From an uncultured Planctomycetota bacterium (GTDB lineage: Bacteria; Planctomycetota; Planctomycetia; Isosphaerales; Isosphaeraceae): 64,000 nucleotides of DNA. Below the pieces are notes generated by a model. That model was given only the letters and a program-made list of their open reading frames with translations, ran no database searches and had not been told where the DNA came from. The DNA is taken from assembly GCA_963823665.1 (NCBI GenBank), contig CAWGMQ010000006.1:736001-800000 (forward strand), written 5' to 3'. Position numbers and translations under genes: made by a program. Shown here piece after piece: positions 45,586 to 56,541 of the stretch. How positions within the stretch are numbered: the first letter of the stretch is position 1; each line of letters begins with the position of its first letter.

Positions 45586-47803
45586 ATGGGCATCGAAGAC
45601 ACATTTCGCGAGGCACAGGCCTGCCATGTCCGCGGCCAGCTCGTCCAGGCTGAGGAGCGCTACCGCCAGGTACTGGCGCTCGAACCGCGCGCGGTAGGAG
45701 CCCTCGAAGGCCTGGGTGTGCTTCTCTTCCAGCAGGGCAATGCCCCCTTGGCCGTCGAGTTCTTCAGTCGCGCCGTCCCCTTGAACCCTCGATCGGCGCG
45801 GTTGCGGGCTAATCTGGGCGAAGCGCTGCGCAGCGTCAAACAGCTCGAGGGGGCACATGAGCACTTGAGCGCCGCCGCCGCCCTCGACCCCACCCTTGCA
45901 CAAACCTGGAACAGCCTGGGCCTGCTGGCGGCTGACCAGAAGCAGCACGGCGACGCCGAAGCCCGATTCCGCGAGGCCATCCGCCTGAATCCCCGGGTCA
46001 TGGCCGCCCGCGTCAACCTGGCCAACGCCCTCCACGGTCTCGGCCGCCTGGATGAAGCCATCGCCGAGTTACGCATCGTCATCGAGGCCGAGCCCAACAA
46101 CGTCCTCGCGTTGACTAACCTGGGTCAGATGCTCTGCGACAGGCGCCCCAAGGACCTCGCCCAGGCCGAAAGCCTATGCCGCCTGGCCGTTGGGCTCGCC
46201 CCGAGCCTCGCAAGCGCCTTGAATGGCCTCGGAAAGGTTCTTCGCCTTCGAGGAAATCTGGACGAAGCCAGGGCCTGCCATGAGCGGGCCCTGGTCAAGA
46301 GCCCCCGCGACCCGACCCCTCATCATCATCTCGGCCAGCTCTCGCTCGAGCATGGCCGCCTGGCCGAAGCGTCGCACCATTTCCTCGCCGGCCGCGCCAA
46401 GAGTCCCGGCAATTCCCTGTTCCATCTCGACATCGGCGAGCTGCTCGTGGCAAGCTCGCGCTCGGCCGAAGCCCGCCCCCATTTCGAAAGGGCGCTCGAA
46501 TGCGATCCCACGAACGCGGAGGCGCATCATGGGCTGGGCCGTGTGCTGATGGAAGAAGGCCGCCTGGACGAAGCCGAAGCCGCATTTCGAGAGGCGCTGC
46601 GGCTCGACGCGGCGCTTGCACGTTCGTGGAGCGCGATCGCCCGCATTCAAGCCGAACGCGGTGATCTCGAGCTCTCCTGCGGGTCGGCCCGCAAGGCACT
46701 CGCAATCCGCCCGGAAATCGCGGAACCCTACTTGCGGCTGGCAGTCAACCAGCGCGGCCGCCTGGCCGATTCCGAAGAGCAGAGCCTTGAGCGGCTGATC
46801 CATGAGCCACATCTGCCTGCCGACGCTAAATCGCACCTGCACTTCAGCCTCGCGATCGTCCGCGATCGCCGCGGACTCTACGCGGAAGCCGCTTCGCTCT
46901 TCGACAAAGCCCACGAAATCCAGGCGGCCTGGCGAGCCGCACGCGGACAGTTCTACGATGCCGCCAGGCAGTCGCGGTTCAACGAAAGAATGATCGCAGC
47001 CTTCCCGCCCGGAAGTCTCGACCAAAACCGGCCCCGGAGCGACTTGGCCGCTCGCCCCGTCTTCATCGTCGGTCTGCCGCGCTCCGGAACCAGTATGATC
47101 GAGCAAATGCTCGCATCTCACAATGCGGTCTGGGGCGCCGGCGAGCTACCCGACTTGCACAATATCCTGCGAGGCCTTCCCCAACTGGCCGGTTGTCCGC
47201 AGACAGCGCCGGTCGAGCTGCTACGGAATCTCGACCCCAGCATCGCGGAGATCATGGCCCGCCAGTACGCCGATCGACTCGCCGCGATCGCGCCCGAGGG
47301 CGCCGCCCGCATCGTCGACAAGATGCAGGACAACATCCGTCTGCTGGGGCTCATCGGCCTCATCCTGCCCGGCGCCCGCGTGATTCTTTGCAGTCGAGAA
47401 CCTCCGCGACGTCGCCGTATCCTGCCGCCAAGCCGCCTTCACCGCCAACATCTGGACCGACGACTGGCAATCCATCGCACAACGGTTTGCCGACTACCAG
47501 CGCATCGTGGCCCACTGGCGGCTTGTTCGGCCCGTGGATTGGCTCGAGGTCCGGTACGAAGATTGCGTACAAGACCTCGAGGGCAACGCACGCCGCATGA
47601 TCGAATTCCTGGAACTTGAATGGGACGCGGCCTGCCTGGATTTCGCGAGCACCCGCCGCGTCGTGCGCACCGCCAGCCTCGCCCAGGTTCGCCAGCCCGT
47701 CCACGATCGCTCCATCGGCCGCTGGCGCCGCTACGAGGCCTGGCACGCGCCCATGTTCGAGGCGTTCAAGACCCACGGAGTCACCGTGGAAGGCCCGGAT
47801 TGA
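45586..47803 (+). CDS. TPR-repeat sulfotransferase; apparent frameshift near 47400
   Basis: Many TPRs; PVFIVGLPRSGTS, IVDKM; VRYED, TASLAQVRQP in the +1 ORF. Confidence 0.9.
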
Positions 47804-47833
47804 TTCCCGCCGTGCGATGTCCTGAATACCGTT

Positions 47834-47862
47834 GTAGCAGGCACACTCCGTGTGCCGCCCGC
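47834..47862 (+). repeat. GTAG-type REP
   Basis: GTAGCAGGCACACTCCGTGTGCCG. Confidence 0.85.
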
Positions 47863-47881
47863 TGAAATCCTCGGATGGTTG

Positions 47882-48090
47882 TCAGTAGACGCCGACCGGC
47901 TTGCCGGGGTAGCCTCCGTCGGCCGCAAGCGCTTCGAGCACGCTGCCGAGGTCCCACGCCTGGCGCCCCACGAATCCGAGCCGGGCCATGTTGATGCGGA
48001 AGGCCTGGAAGGCCGGCCGTTCCTTGCTGTCCGCCCACCAGTGACCGGGATAAAAGAGCACCGCGGGTGCGGGCCGTTCCGCCCCCTCGT
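47882..48090 (-). pseudogene. Fragment of an acetylxylan-esterase-like alpha/beta hydrolase
   Basis: PAVLFYPGHWWADSKERPAFQAFRINMARLGFV. Confidence 0.5.
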
Positions 48091-48378
48091 GCAGAGCGGG
48101 TCCACGTCGGCGTTCGCGCGTGTCGGTGGAGGAGTGAGAACGCCAGACAACCGGGTAAAACCGTAACCAGGACGCGGAGATGACGCCCGTGCCGTCGCGG
48201 AAGCACGCGCGCAACAAATGCTGCCCTGCGTCATCTGCGTCATTTCGCACCCCAAAACTTCCGCATTGTAGCGATCGTTCCTTCAATGACGGCAAAGGCA
48301 CGCCGCCCCATTGTCGCCGTTCACTCCGCGAAGGGGCATCGGGCATTACCAGCGAGTTGCTGTGGTTCCACAGCGCGC

Positions 48379-51339
48379 TTAGTCCCGCCCGGAGTCTGGA
48401 CCGGCCGGCCCCAATCGGTAGGATTCCTTGGCGCAGACGTCGCCCCAATCCTGTGTTTCGCCAGCCTTGAACGTCTGCTGTGGTTTACCGATCCACCCCA
48501 AGAAACGATTCTGATGCGTCGTGTTGTCGAGCTCCATCGCGTCGAAGCTGTAGGCGACGCCGGGAACGAGTCCGCTGATCCGAAACCGCCCGTCGGGGCC
48601 GGTCGGCGGCTGTACGCCAAAGCGGTGGCACGAAATTGTTCCGAATGCTTGATTGACGACGATCGGAATGTTCGGACGGGGCTTACCTTGCTCGTCGACG
48701 AGACGTCCGGTGACCGTCGCAGTCGCTTCAAGCGTGACCTGAATGGGGTCAGGCTCGCGGCCGTTGACGATCAGAGCCGCACCCGCTGCCCCGTCTTCTC
48801 GAGCGATCACAACCGACTCGTCGTTTCCGGGCTCTGGATGCACGAAGGTAAACTCACCGCGGCTCGACAATTCGCCGCTACCCACGGGAGGGAGCAACGC
48901 GACCAAGGGCACTCCCGCGGCTGCCTTCCCGTCGGCGCGCAGCACCTGCACATGTTGAGTACGTCCCTGCACGACCACGATGTCGGGCACCGTCACTTGC
49001 TCTGCGGGCCCGGGACTAATCGCCACTAACGCCTGGAACTGCTTCATTGCGTTCTCAAAGCCATCGTTGTAGAGAACCTTGCCCGCCAGCTCCTCAGGTA
49101 ACGGCTTGGCGACCAGGAATTTGCGATCGGTCGTTTGCACCGCGAGGATGCCTTCGCCGGGAAGCGCGACCGCCCGAAATTTGCCGGCGGCGTCAGTGGG
49201 GAATTCTCCATCGTCCGACAGGTTCTTATCGAAGAACGACGCGTCCGGACAGTCCTTTAACTGAGGGTTGTCGCGGAGGGGATAGTATCGGACGATTGCG
49301 CTGACAGGTCGTCCATCCGATTGGTTCTGCACTTTACCCTCCACCCACACACCGCGCTTGAGGGCGATCTCGACGTGAACCGGCCCCAGTCCGGGAGCAT
49401 CCGAGATGGTTTTGCCGACCTGGATGTAGGGTTGTCCTTCGGTGATCACTTCGAGGTCTTGTCGAGATTGTTTGGGCTGCGATGGGATTCTGAAATGGCC
49501 TTGAGCGTCGCTGGTCGCGGAGAGCATGAAGCCGGCCGAGCGAACCATCGCGCCGCGGACCGGCCGCGCCGAATTGGATTCGTGAATCACGCCATCGATC
49601 ACACGGCCCGGTGCGACCGTGAGCTCGCACCGAGGCCCGAACAGCCGATCGCCAAAGTCGTGCGCGGGCAGTGCCAGAGGGACGTAGGCCCGATCGCTCG
49701 ATGTGTAGATCATCGCGCGTAACTGCTCAACAGACTCGCCTTCGATGAGCAAGAGAGCGGCGCGGTCGCGACCGATCCCCGTCAGACGAAACCGGCCGTC
49801 GATGTCGGTTCGGACCGGAGAAATGAACCCGACCTTGGCCAGAATCAGGGCATCCATGAAAAGTTGTTCAAAAGCACTGTCATTCAAGGTCCCAGCGTTT
49901 TGCTTGAGTTTCTCGAGTGATTCCGCCGCGAAATTCGCGAGCAGGACCGTGTAGACGGTCAAGTCGGATACCGGCTTGCCATCCGGCCCCGTGACCCGGC
50001 CTTCGACGGGCACGTCGTCGCGACGAAGGCGAAGCGTCAGAGAGGGCGGGTCACCAGTGTCTTGAGGATCAAGCTTGACCCAGTCGGGTGCATGACCAGC
50101 GGCAACGGCAGAGATCACGGGGCGCTCGACGCCGCTCGGGCCCCGACGGGCCAGCGCTTCGCGGCTGAGCGCAACCTCGAATCGACCCGCCGCGCGACTG
50201 ATCCCCAAACTTTGGGGGGATGAACGGTCCGATTGCATGGTGAGGCTCGGCAGCGACAAGACGATCTGGGCACCCTCGACCGGTTTGCCGTCGTGGCCAA
50301 TCACCTGACCGCGAATCGTGACGGAGTCGCCCTTCTTGCTTCCGCTCGCCTTCGGCAAGTCGGCGGCCTGGCGGCCGCCTGCTTGTTCCCCAACGCCTTT
50401 CGCGTTCAAGCCCGCCGGCTCGCCTTTCTCAGCGACTGGTCCTGCCATCGAGAGCCCGATCGCGACACTCGCCATGCCCAGCACGACCACCACCGACGCG
50501 AGCCGGACCTTGGCCAACGCGAGGTTTCGGGTGACTGCTTTCGACAGGTAAAGAGCGGTCGTGGGAATGAGGCTTTCGATCATGGTCCCGGCCAGGGCCA
50601 GGCTGCTCGCGGCACGAACGGTGCTCTCCACCAGTTGCACTGGAACGGTTGCACTCGGAAACATTCGGCCCCCAGCCGAGGCAGCCGGCATGAGAACGTC
50701 GAGAGAATAGCCCCGGTGTTCGAGCCGACGTCGCAGGCGAGCGCGGGCGCGGGCGAGTCTTGAAAGCACAGTGCCACGACGGCATCCCAGCCGCGCTGCG
50801 ATCGCCTCGGTCGCGATTCCCTCAAAATAATGGAGGATGACCGGCGTGCGAAGTCGATCGGGCAGGTTGTCGATCGCCGCGATCAAGGGACCGTAATCCG
50901 GCTCGGGTTCTGGATCGTTCGTCGTCGCCGCACCGTCGCCCTGGGCAAGCCGCTTGGCGTGGAAATTCTCGAGTTGTCGTCGCCGGCGCGCGACGTCGGC
51001 GCGGGCCTTGACCGCGACGCGACGCGCGATACCAAATAGCCACGCAGCAGTCGCTCCGCGGCCGGGGATCGAGCCAGCCTTGCGCGCCAGCACCAAAAAT
51101 GTCGCCTGAAACGCGTCGTGGGCATCATGGTCATGTTGCACGATTCGCTTGCATACGGACAGCACCATGGCGCCATGCCGTTCAACCAAAGCGGCGAAAG
51201 CCGCCTCGGATTCAGCCATGTCGGTCCGGGCGAGAAACCGCTCGACGAGCTCGTCATCGGTCAATGATCCAACCGAGCCCAACGTCCAGATGGTTCTGAG
51301 TTGAACGGCCAATGCCACATCGCTGCTTGCTCGCTTCAT
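48379..51339 (-). CDS. ECF sigma factor with TM segment and a long C-terminal carboxypeptidase-regulatory-like repeat extension
   Basis: AFAALVERHGAMV, DAHDAFQATFLVL, GTVLSRLARAR; repeated I.G.V.G.DGKPV and TD..GRF motifs. Confidence 0.9.
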   Translation of the reverse strand: MKRASSDVALAVQLRTIWTLGSVGSLTDDELVERFLARTDMAESEAAFAALVERHGAMVLSVCKRIVQHDHDAHDAFQATFLVLARKAGSIPGRGATAAWLFGIARRVAVKARADVARRRRQLENFHAKRLAQGDGAATTNDPEPEPDYGPLIAAIDNLPDRLRTPVILHYFEGIATEAIAARLGCRRGTVLSRLARARARLRRRLEHRGYSLDVLMPAASAGGRMFPSATVPVQLVESTVRAASSLALAGTMIESLIPTTALYLSKAVTRNLALAKVRLASVVVVLGMASVAIGLSMAGPVAEKGEPAGLNAKGVGEQAGGRQAADLPKASGSKKGDSVTIRGQVIGHDGKPVEGAQIVLSLPSLTMQSDRSSPQSLGISRAAGRFEVALSREALARRGPSGVERPVISAVAAGHAPDWVKLDPQDTGDPPSLTLRLRRDDVPVEGRVTGPDGKPVSDLTVYTVLLANFAAESLEKLKQNAGTLNDSAFEQLFMDALILAKVGFISPVRTDIDGRFRLTGIGRDRAALLLIEGESVEQLRAMIYTSSDRAYVPLALPAHDFGDRLFGPRCELTVAPGRVIDGVIHESNSARPVRGAMVRSAGFMLSATSDAQGHFRIPSQPKQSRQDLEVITEGQPYIQVGKTISDAPGLGPVHVEIALKRGVWVEGKVQNQSDGRPVSAIVRYYPLRDNPQLKDCPDASFFDKNLSDDGEFPTDAAGKFRAVALPGEGILAVQTTDRKFLVAKPLPEELAGKVLYNDGFENAMKQFQALVAISPGPAEQVTVPDIVVVQGRTQHVQVLRADGKAAAGVPLVALLPPVGSGELSSRGEFTFVHPEPGNDESVVIAREDGAAGAALIVNGREPDPIQVTLEATATVTGRLVDEQGKPRPNIPIVVNQAFGTISCHRFGVQPPTGPDGRFRISGLVPGVAYSFDAMELDNTTHQNRFLGWIGKPQQTFKAGETQDWGDVCAKESYRLGPAGPDSGRD

Positions 51340-51506
51340 TGGGGAATCCTTTCCGGGACAGGGTTTCCGATCGCCTTCCATCATAAAATGCCGCGCCGGG
51401 GCCTGGCGATTCCCGATTTTCGAAAACGCCAGGCGCCTTTGCGGCCGTTCCAACTGGCCTGGAATGACGACGAATTCAGTCGTCATAAAGGGCTAATCGA
51501 AAGTGA

Positions 51507-52154
51507 TCAACCTCTGGAGAGCGCCCCGTAGAGCAACCTTCTCGCCCGCCTCAACGTATCCTCGATCTCGGTGAGACCGCCAATACCCATCACCTTGAAC
51601 AGAAGCCGATCAATGTCGGCTTCGATATCGTCAAGAACTGTGGACCGGCTCACTCGTGGTTGCACGCTGACCGTGGCGGCGGTCTCTTTACCAGGCGTTA
51701 CGAGTTTCTTGGCTGCTGCGGATGTCTTGGACTTTTTGGTGTTGGGTCGAAGGTTTCCCGAAAGACCCAGCGATGATTTCACTTTGAATATGACGGTCTT
51801 GCTGATGCCCCCGTTGAATCCCGCAGCCCGCCACGCTTCGTTGATCGCACGGACGTTCGCTCGGGGATGGTCGTTCAGGTATTCCTTGACGAACATGGCC
51901 TTACCGGGATTGAGTACCGGCTTGGACTTTTTGCTGGCTGGCTTTGCCTTGGCGGCTGGTTTGGTCTTCCCGGGTTGATTGCCGATGAGCCCCAGTCGCT
52001 TGCGCATTTCGCTGACGATGGGATGACTGATCGTCCCCTTCATCCCGGCAGCCGTCCATGCCTCATTGACGGCTTTCGCGTTGGCTTGGGGATTCTTCTC
52101 CAGGAAGTTCCGGACGAAATTGGTCTTGCCCTGACTCTGGGTTGCTACTGCCAC
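51507..52154 (-). CDS. Lys-rich hypothetical protein with a duplicated helical domain
   Basis: GKTNFVRNFLEKNPQANAKAVNEAW and GKAMFVKEYLNDHPRANVRAINEAW repeats; GGAG RBS. Confidence 0.75.
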   Translation of the reverse strand: MAVATQSQGKTNFVRNFLEKNPQANAKAVNEAWTAAGMKGTISHPIVSEMRKRLGLIGNQPGKTKPAAKAKPASKKSKPVLNPGKAMFVKEYLNDHPRANVRAINEAWRAAGFNGGISKTVIFKVKSSLGLSGNLRPNTKKSKTSAAAKKLVTPGKETAATVSVQPRVSRSTVLDDIEADIDRLLFKVMGIGGLTEIEDTLRRARRLLYGALSRG

Positions 52155-52237
52155 GATGTATTCTCCTTGTCACAAAATCTCAACGACACGCTGACAGTAG
52201 ACCAGAAAAGCCACTTGATCTGAATACGCAAGCGGGC

Positions 52238-52636
52238 TTAATCATCAACCGTTGACGCATAGACGACAAGATAGCAACGGTTCTTTTCGTCACGTCCAGT
52301 GCCGACAATCGGAAAATCAATGTGAACAGTTCCGCCGTCGTCCAGCACGATAGGCGTTTCGCAGCAGTCAACCGTGAACTCGCTTGCGCATGACATCAAT
52401 CGGGCCAATTCTCCCTCCAGTCTTGCGAGCGAAAGCGGCAGGCCGTCGGAAGCTGTGATAAGCAGGATTTCCTCCGCCGTCTCCTCCACCTCCACCGATG
52501 TAATTGGCTGCCGGACGCCCTCAACTTCGCGCCGTTCGCCTGCCGGGTTCCGCTTGAAGGACGCAAAGAGGACCGGCCATTCCTCAGCACCCTTGCCGTC
52601 TTTCCGAATCATCTCCACAAGGCGCTTGAGTTTCAT
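52238..52636 (-). CDS. Hypothetical protein
   Basis: 132-aa ORF with natural composition. Confidence 0.6.
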   Translation of the reverse strand: MKLKRLVEMIRKDGKGAEEWPVLFASFKRNPAGERREVEGVRQPITSVEVEETAEEILLITASDGLPLSLARLEGELARLMSCASEFTVDCCETPIVLDDGGTVHIDFPIVGTGRDEKNRCYLVVYASTVDD

Positions 52637-52861
52637 AGCAGTCCCACCGCTAGTGCGAGCAGGGGCACAGCGACCAGGGCCTCGCCGAACCCGAACGCCG
52701 AACGGATCACGGTGGCGAGTCCGATCACGGCCAGCACGTGTAGCGTAGTCTGATCCGTGGCATTGAATCTCATTATAGGTCGATGAAGGCTTGATGTCCC
52801 CAGGTTTAGCCCTCGACCCCGACCTCGAGGTCGCCGTGCTGGCTCTTTCTGGAGGAACGCT

Positions 52862-53353
52862 GTTAGTTGGAGAGTTCTGATCCTGCCTTTCCTGGGGCAG
52901 CAGGAGCTTTACGAAGCTTACAACTTCGATGAGCCTTGGAACGGTCCGAATAACCGGAAGCTCGCAAGCCGGGTCGGCAACATCTATCTTCGTTCAGGAT
53001 TGGAATCCGATCAGATCCAGACGACGAGTTTCGTAGCAGTTGTTGGACCCGAGACAGTGTGGCCGGGCAGCGAGCCGAGAAGCCGCAATGACCTCGGCGA
53101 TGGGACGCACGAGAATCTCATGGTGGTCGAGGTCCCAGACGGGCAGTTCCTCTGGATGGAACCAAGGGACCTGGAGCTCGACAGCATGAGTTTCAAGATC
53201 AACGATGGGTCCGGGCGGGGACTGGGCAGCCGACTGGGCGGCGCCAGGGTGGTCTCTGCGGATGGCAGCGTTCGCACGCTCCCCGACGACCATGATGGCA
53301 ACAAGTTGAGGGCGATGCTGACAGCAAATGGCGGGGAGAAGATCGAGGAGTAG
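52862..53353 (+). pseudogene. DUF1559-family protein, 5'-truncated
   Basis: SWRVLILPFLGQQELYEAYNFDEPWNGPNNRKL...WMEPRD...ADGSVR; paralogous to 61917-63038. Confidence 0.75.
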
Positions 53354-53574
53354 GCGAGCATGATCTCCGGCTGCCGCTCGGGAAGTTCGTTCACCAGCCA
53401 GCCAACCAGCTCCTCACGATCACCCGTCGACCCACCGATCCCACAGCTCGGCGCTAGTCCCCTGGCTCTCAAGGTCTTTTCTCAAGAGGAACGGTTTGTT
53501 TGTCGTCTGGGATTGGTCTGCTCCAATGAGAAACCGGCGACCGATATTCATCAATGCTCCGAGGATGGCAGACC

Positions 53575-53684
53575 AATCTTCCTGTCGTCCTCAGTCCCGA
53601 CGACCGTCGTTCGACTACATTCCTGCTCAAATCTTCCTGTCGTCCTCAGTCCCGACGACCGTCGTTCGTCTACATTCCTGCTCA
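53575..53684. repeat. Tandem duplication, 2 x 55 bp (1 mismatch)
   Basis: aatcttcctgtcgtcctcagtcccgacgaccgtcgttcg(a/t)ctacattcctgctca twice. Confidence 0.9.
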
Positions 53685-54056
53685 TATTCGTCTCGGGATG
53701 ACCTATCGCATTCTCTCCAAGGCCGAAACCGCGAGTCGCTGCAATTCTCCTAGCGTACCCCAGATCGCTGCCCGTTTGCAAAATCGAAGATTGTTCGGCG
53801 CGGAGGTACAATGAACTCCTGCTAGACGTTTCCAGACTACGGATGATTTCGCCTCTTCATCGGCGTACATCGGCGTCGATCTGCGGACCAGAATCTCCGA
53901 CGCCCACGTGTCCCACGTCGCATCGGAAGCCTGTGCGTCTACTTTGACGCCGATCACTTGGTGGTTGCTCCAGCGAGTTAGTCGAGTTTTCGGTATGATC
54001 GCAGTCGTGGAAGCAAATCATGCTCGGAGGGTCTCCCAGTGCGGAGCGTCCCCACC

Positions 54057-54599
54057 ATGTCGACCGGCCCCGTGCGACGTTTCTCGCGGCGCTGCCTGCG
54101 GTTCAGCGTGCGCGGGCTGATCATCGTCGTGCTCCTGATCGCCGGCTGGCTTGGCTGGATTGTGCGCGGCGCACGAATCCAGCACGAGGCCGTCGCGGCG
54201 ATCATCAAGGACCGGGGTCGAATCGAATACGACTGGGAATCGCACAGCGGGTGTTTCAGTGCGGCAGGAACGCCCTGGGCACCGCGCTGGCTCACAGAGC
54301 AGATGGGCATCGACTACTTCGGCCACGTTACCTCGGTCGTGCTCAACTCGGAAACAAATACGACAATCGCACACGTCGGCCGTCTCAATCGACTGCAGCG
54401 ACTGGAACTGTCCCATATGGGCGGCCATCTGGCGCATCTGAGCGGCCTGACCAAACTCACCGAACTTCAGCTCAAGGACACCCGACTCACCGACGCGGGA
54501 ATGGCCCAGCTCAAGCAAGTCTTGCCGCTCTCCGATATCCACCCGTGCGGAGCAGCCTTTCAAAGAGCAGCGCAGATCGACATCCTGCCGAAGCCTTGA
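54057..54599 (+). CDS. Short membrane-anchored LRR protein
   Basis: RRCLRFSVRGLIIVVLLIAGWLGW, IEYDWE, about two LRRs; C-terminus appears read-through or eroded. Confidence 0.75.
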   Translation: MSTGPVRRFSRRCLRFSVRGLIIVVLLIAGWLGWIVRGARIQHEAVAAIIKDRGRIEYDWESHSGCFSAAGTPWAPRWLTEQMGIDYFGHVTSVVLNSETNTTIAHVGRLNRLQRLELSHMGGHLAHLSGLTKLTELQLKDTRLTDAGMAQLKQVLPLSDIHPCGAAFQRAAQIDILPKP

Positions 54600-55705
54600 C
54601 CGCCGATCCGCCGGCTGAATTGTTCTCCCGCCACTTCCCCACGTTCTATGTTCCCTGGAAATGCCTCAGATCCTTACTGACCCGGCTGTGGCCCCGTCGC
54701 CGCGCCATCGCTTGCGCGATGCTGGTCGCGGCTCTCTCGCTCGTCGTGCTCTACGGCTGCTGGAAGTGGGTGGTCGAACCGCAGCGGAGTGCCGTTGCCG
54801 CCATCCACAAAGCCGGCGGCTCGGTCGCCTACGAGTGGGAATGGAACAACGGCCGGCCCGCGCCGGCGGGTAGCCGGCCGCCGTGGCCGCGCTGGCTCGT
54901 GAAAATGCTTGGCCCGGATGTCCTCGGACAAGTGGTCGCGGTGAATCTCATTGGACGCACCGTCGACGACGCCGTGATGACTCACATCGGTAGCCTCACC
55001 CATCTCCAGGATCTTAACCTGCGATTCGCCACGCCACCGATCTCGTATTTGGCGAAACTCGAGAAACTCACCGATCTCGAGAACCTCGCACTCCCTTACG
55101 CAATCTTTTCTGATGACGACCTCGCCCATCTCGCCGGCCTGACCAAGCTCAAGCACCTCGATCTGCTTGGCCCAGAAATCACAAACAAAGGCCTGGCGCA
55201 CCTCGCCGGGATGCGACAGATGGCGTTGCTCCAGCTCATCAAAACGAACATTACAACGCTCGAGCCGATCCGCGGGCTAACGCAATTGAAGACGCTCAAC
55301 CTCCAGAACTCTCCGATCGGTGACGAAGGACTCAGGCCGCTGAAAGACTTCACAAGCCTGGAGTGGCTGCACCTGGGTGGGACGCAGGTCGACGACGCCG
55401 GATTAGCGCATCTCGCCACTCTGTCCAATCTAGCGACGCTGGAACTCTACAACACCCGCGTCGGTGACTTCGGTGTACGAATTCTCTTCGACCTACCGCG
55501 GGTCACGTCACTCAACCTGGCCAACACCCGCGTCACCGATGCGGGCCTCGCGGACCTGACCGAGCGGATGAACCGCGGCCCCTTGCAGAGTTTGGTCGTC
55601 TCCGGGCCTGGAGTCACGTCGGAGGGCGTCGCGGAGCTGCGAAAAAAACTGATTCGAGCGACTGTGATCGGCCCGGATCGCGTCATTTATCGGGATGCCG
55701 GTTGA
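54563..55705 (+). CDS. Membrane-anchored LRR protein (ancestral ATG reads AAG; may start at 54719)
   Basis: Paralogue of 56542-57717; GGSVAYEWEW and RNI-like LRRs. Confidence 0.8.
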   Translation, partial: KSSADRHPAEALTADPPAELFSRHFPTFYVPWKCLRSLLTRLWPRRRAIACAMLVAALSLVVLYGCWKWVVEPQRSAVAAIHKAGGSVAYEWEWNNGRPAPAGSRPPWPRWLVKMLGPDVLGQVVAVNLIGRTVDDAVMTHIGSLTHLQDLNLRFATPPISYLAKLEKLTDLENLALPYAIFSDDDLAHLAGLTKLKHLDLLGPEITNKGLAHLAGMRQMALLQLIKTNITTLEPIRGLTQLKTLNLQNSPIGDEGLRPLKDFTSLEWLHLGGTQVDDAGLAHLATLSNLATLELYNTRVGDFGVRILFDLPRVTSLNLANTRVTDAGLADLTERMNRGPLQSLVVSGPGVTSEGVAELRKKLIRATVIGPDRVIYRDAG

Positions 55706-55768
55706 CCCGGGATTTGGTTAGAATGTGCCAAGAGGATATCGACGGACTGGCTGATTCGGAGTTGAAGC

Positions 55769-56092
55769 ATGTCGCTGACGATCACGATCGACCGTACGGA
55801 AGGGGGTCGTTTTCGGGCCTCGGTTCCCGAGCAGCCGCGTCTCGTTATTGAGCACGACGAGCTGCCGGATTTGGTCGAGGACCTCAAGCGCCTCCTCGAC
55901 GTGATCGAGGTGATGCCTGACGGCCGTCTCTTGGTCATCGAGTTGGAGGTGGGTAATCAGTCCGATGAAGCCGCTGCCAGGGCCGAGATAGAGAGGACGG
56001 CGCTGCGTAAGGAGGAGCTCGACGAACTGATCGACCGGTATCCGGTCCCTGCGCGATGGGGCGACGAACCGGGGTGGTCTGATGCCCTATGA
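55769..56092 (+). CDS. Putative antitoxin (acidic; HicB-like N-terminus)
   Basis: TIDRTEGGRFRASVPE; overlaps the downstream toxin gene. Confidence 0.55.
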   Translation: MSLTITIDRTEGGRFRASVPEQPRLVIEHDELPDLVEDLKRLLDVIEVMPDGRLLVIELEVGNQSDEAAARAEIERTALRKEELDELIDRYPVPARWGDEPGWSDAL

Positions 56093-56516
56093 GTATGGCC
56101 AGATCATCCTGGTGCCTGTGGAAGATGGTCACGGCAACATCAAGCCTCACCCCGCCGTGATCCTTTCGCTGTCAGACGAGATCATTCCCGGGGCGACGCT
56201 CCATGTGGTCTGCGTCTCGTCCCAGGTGGAAGACCCATGTCCAGATCACCACATCAAGCTGCCTTGGCAGCGGCCACATCACCCCAGGACAGGTATGAAC
56301 AAGCCCAACGTGGCCAAATGCAACTGGCTGGCGCGGGTCGATCAACATGATGTCATCAGGGTCCTAGGTTTTGCCCCTCCGCGCCAGCTCGCCAGAATTG
56401 AGCAGGAGCTCAGGAGGCTAAAAACGCAGAGGGCCTTGAGTGAAGCTACTGCACGAACGAGGCCGCCTGCTGGATCGTATTGGGTCAAGCCTGCGAGAAG
56501 GGTTCCTGCCACCTGA
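56082..56516 (+). CDS. PemK/MazF-family toxin
   Basis: GQIILV.......KPHPAVILS, VCVSS, TGMNKPNVAKC. Confidence 0.75.
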   Translation: MPYEYGQIILVPVEDGHGNIKPHPAVILSLSDEIIPGATLHVVCVSSQVEDPCPDHHIKLPWQRPHHPRTGMNKPNVAKCNWLARVDQHDVIRVLGFAPPRQLARIEQELRRLKTQRALSEATARTRPPAGSYWVKPARRVPAT

Positions 56517-56541
56517 TCCACCACTGACGAGCAGCCTTTCG

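Noticed and set aside
53575..53684. Possible mini-CRISPR
   Set aside because: Two abutting copies with no spacer.
54020..54562. N-terminal part of the 561-aa ORF
   Set aside because: It is an off-frame overlap of the short LRR gene; homology to the paralogue starts only at about 54563.
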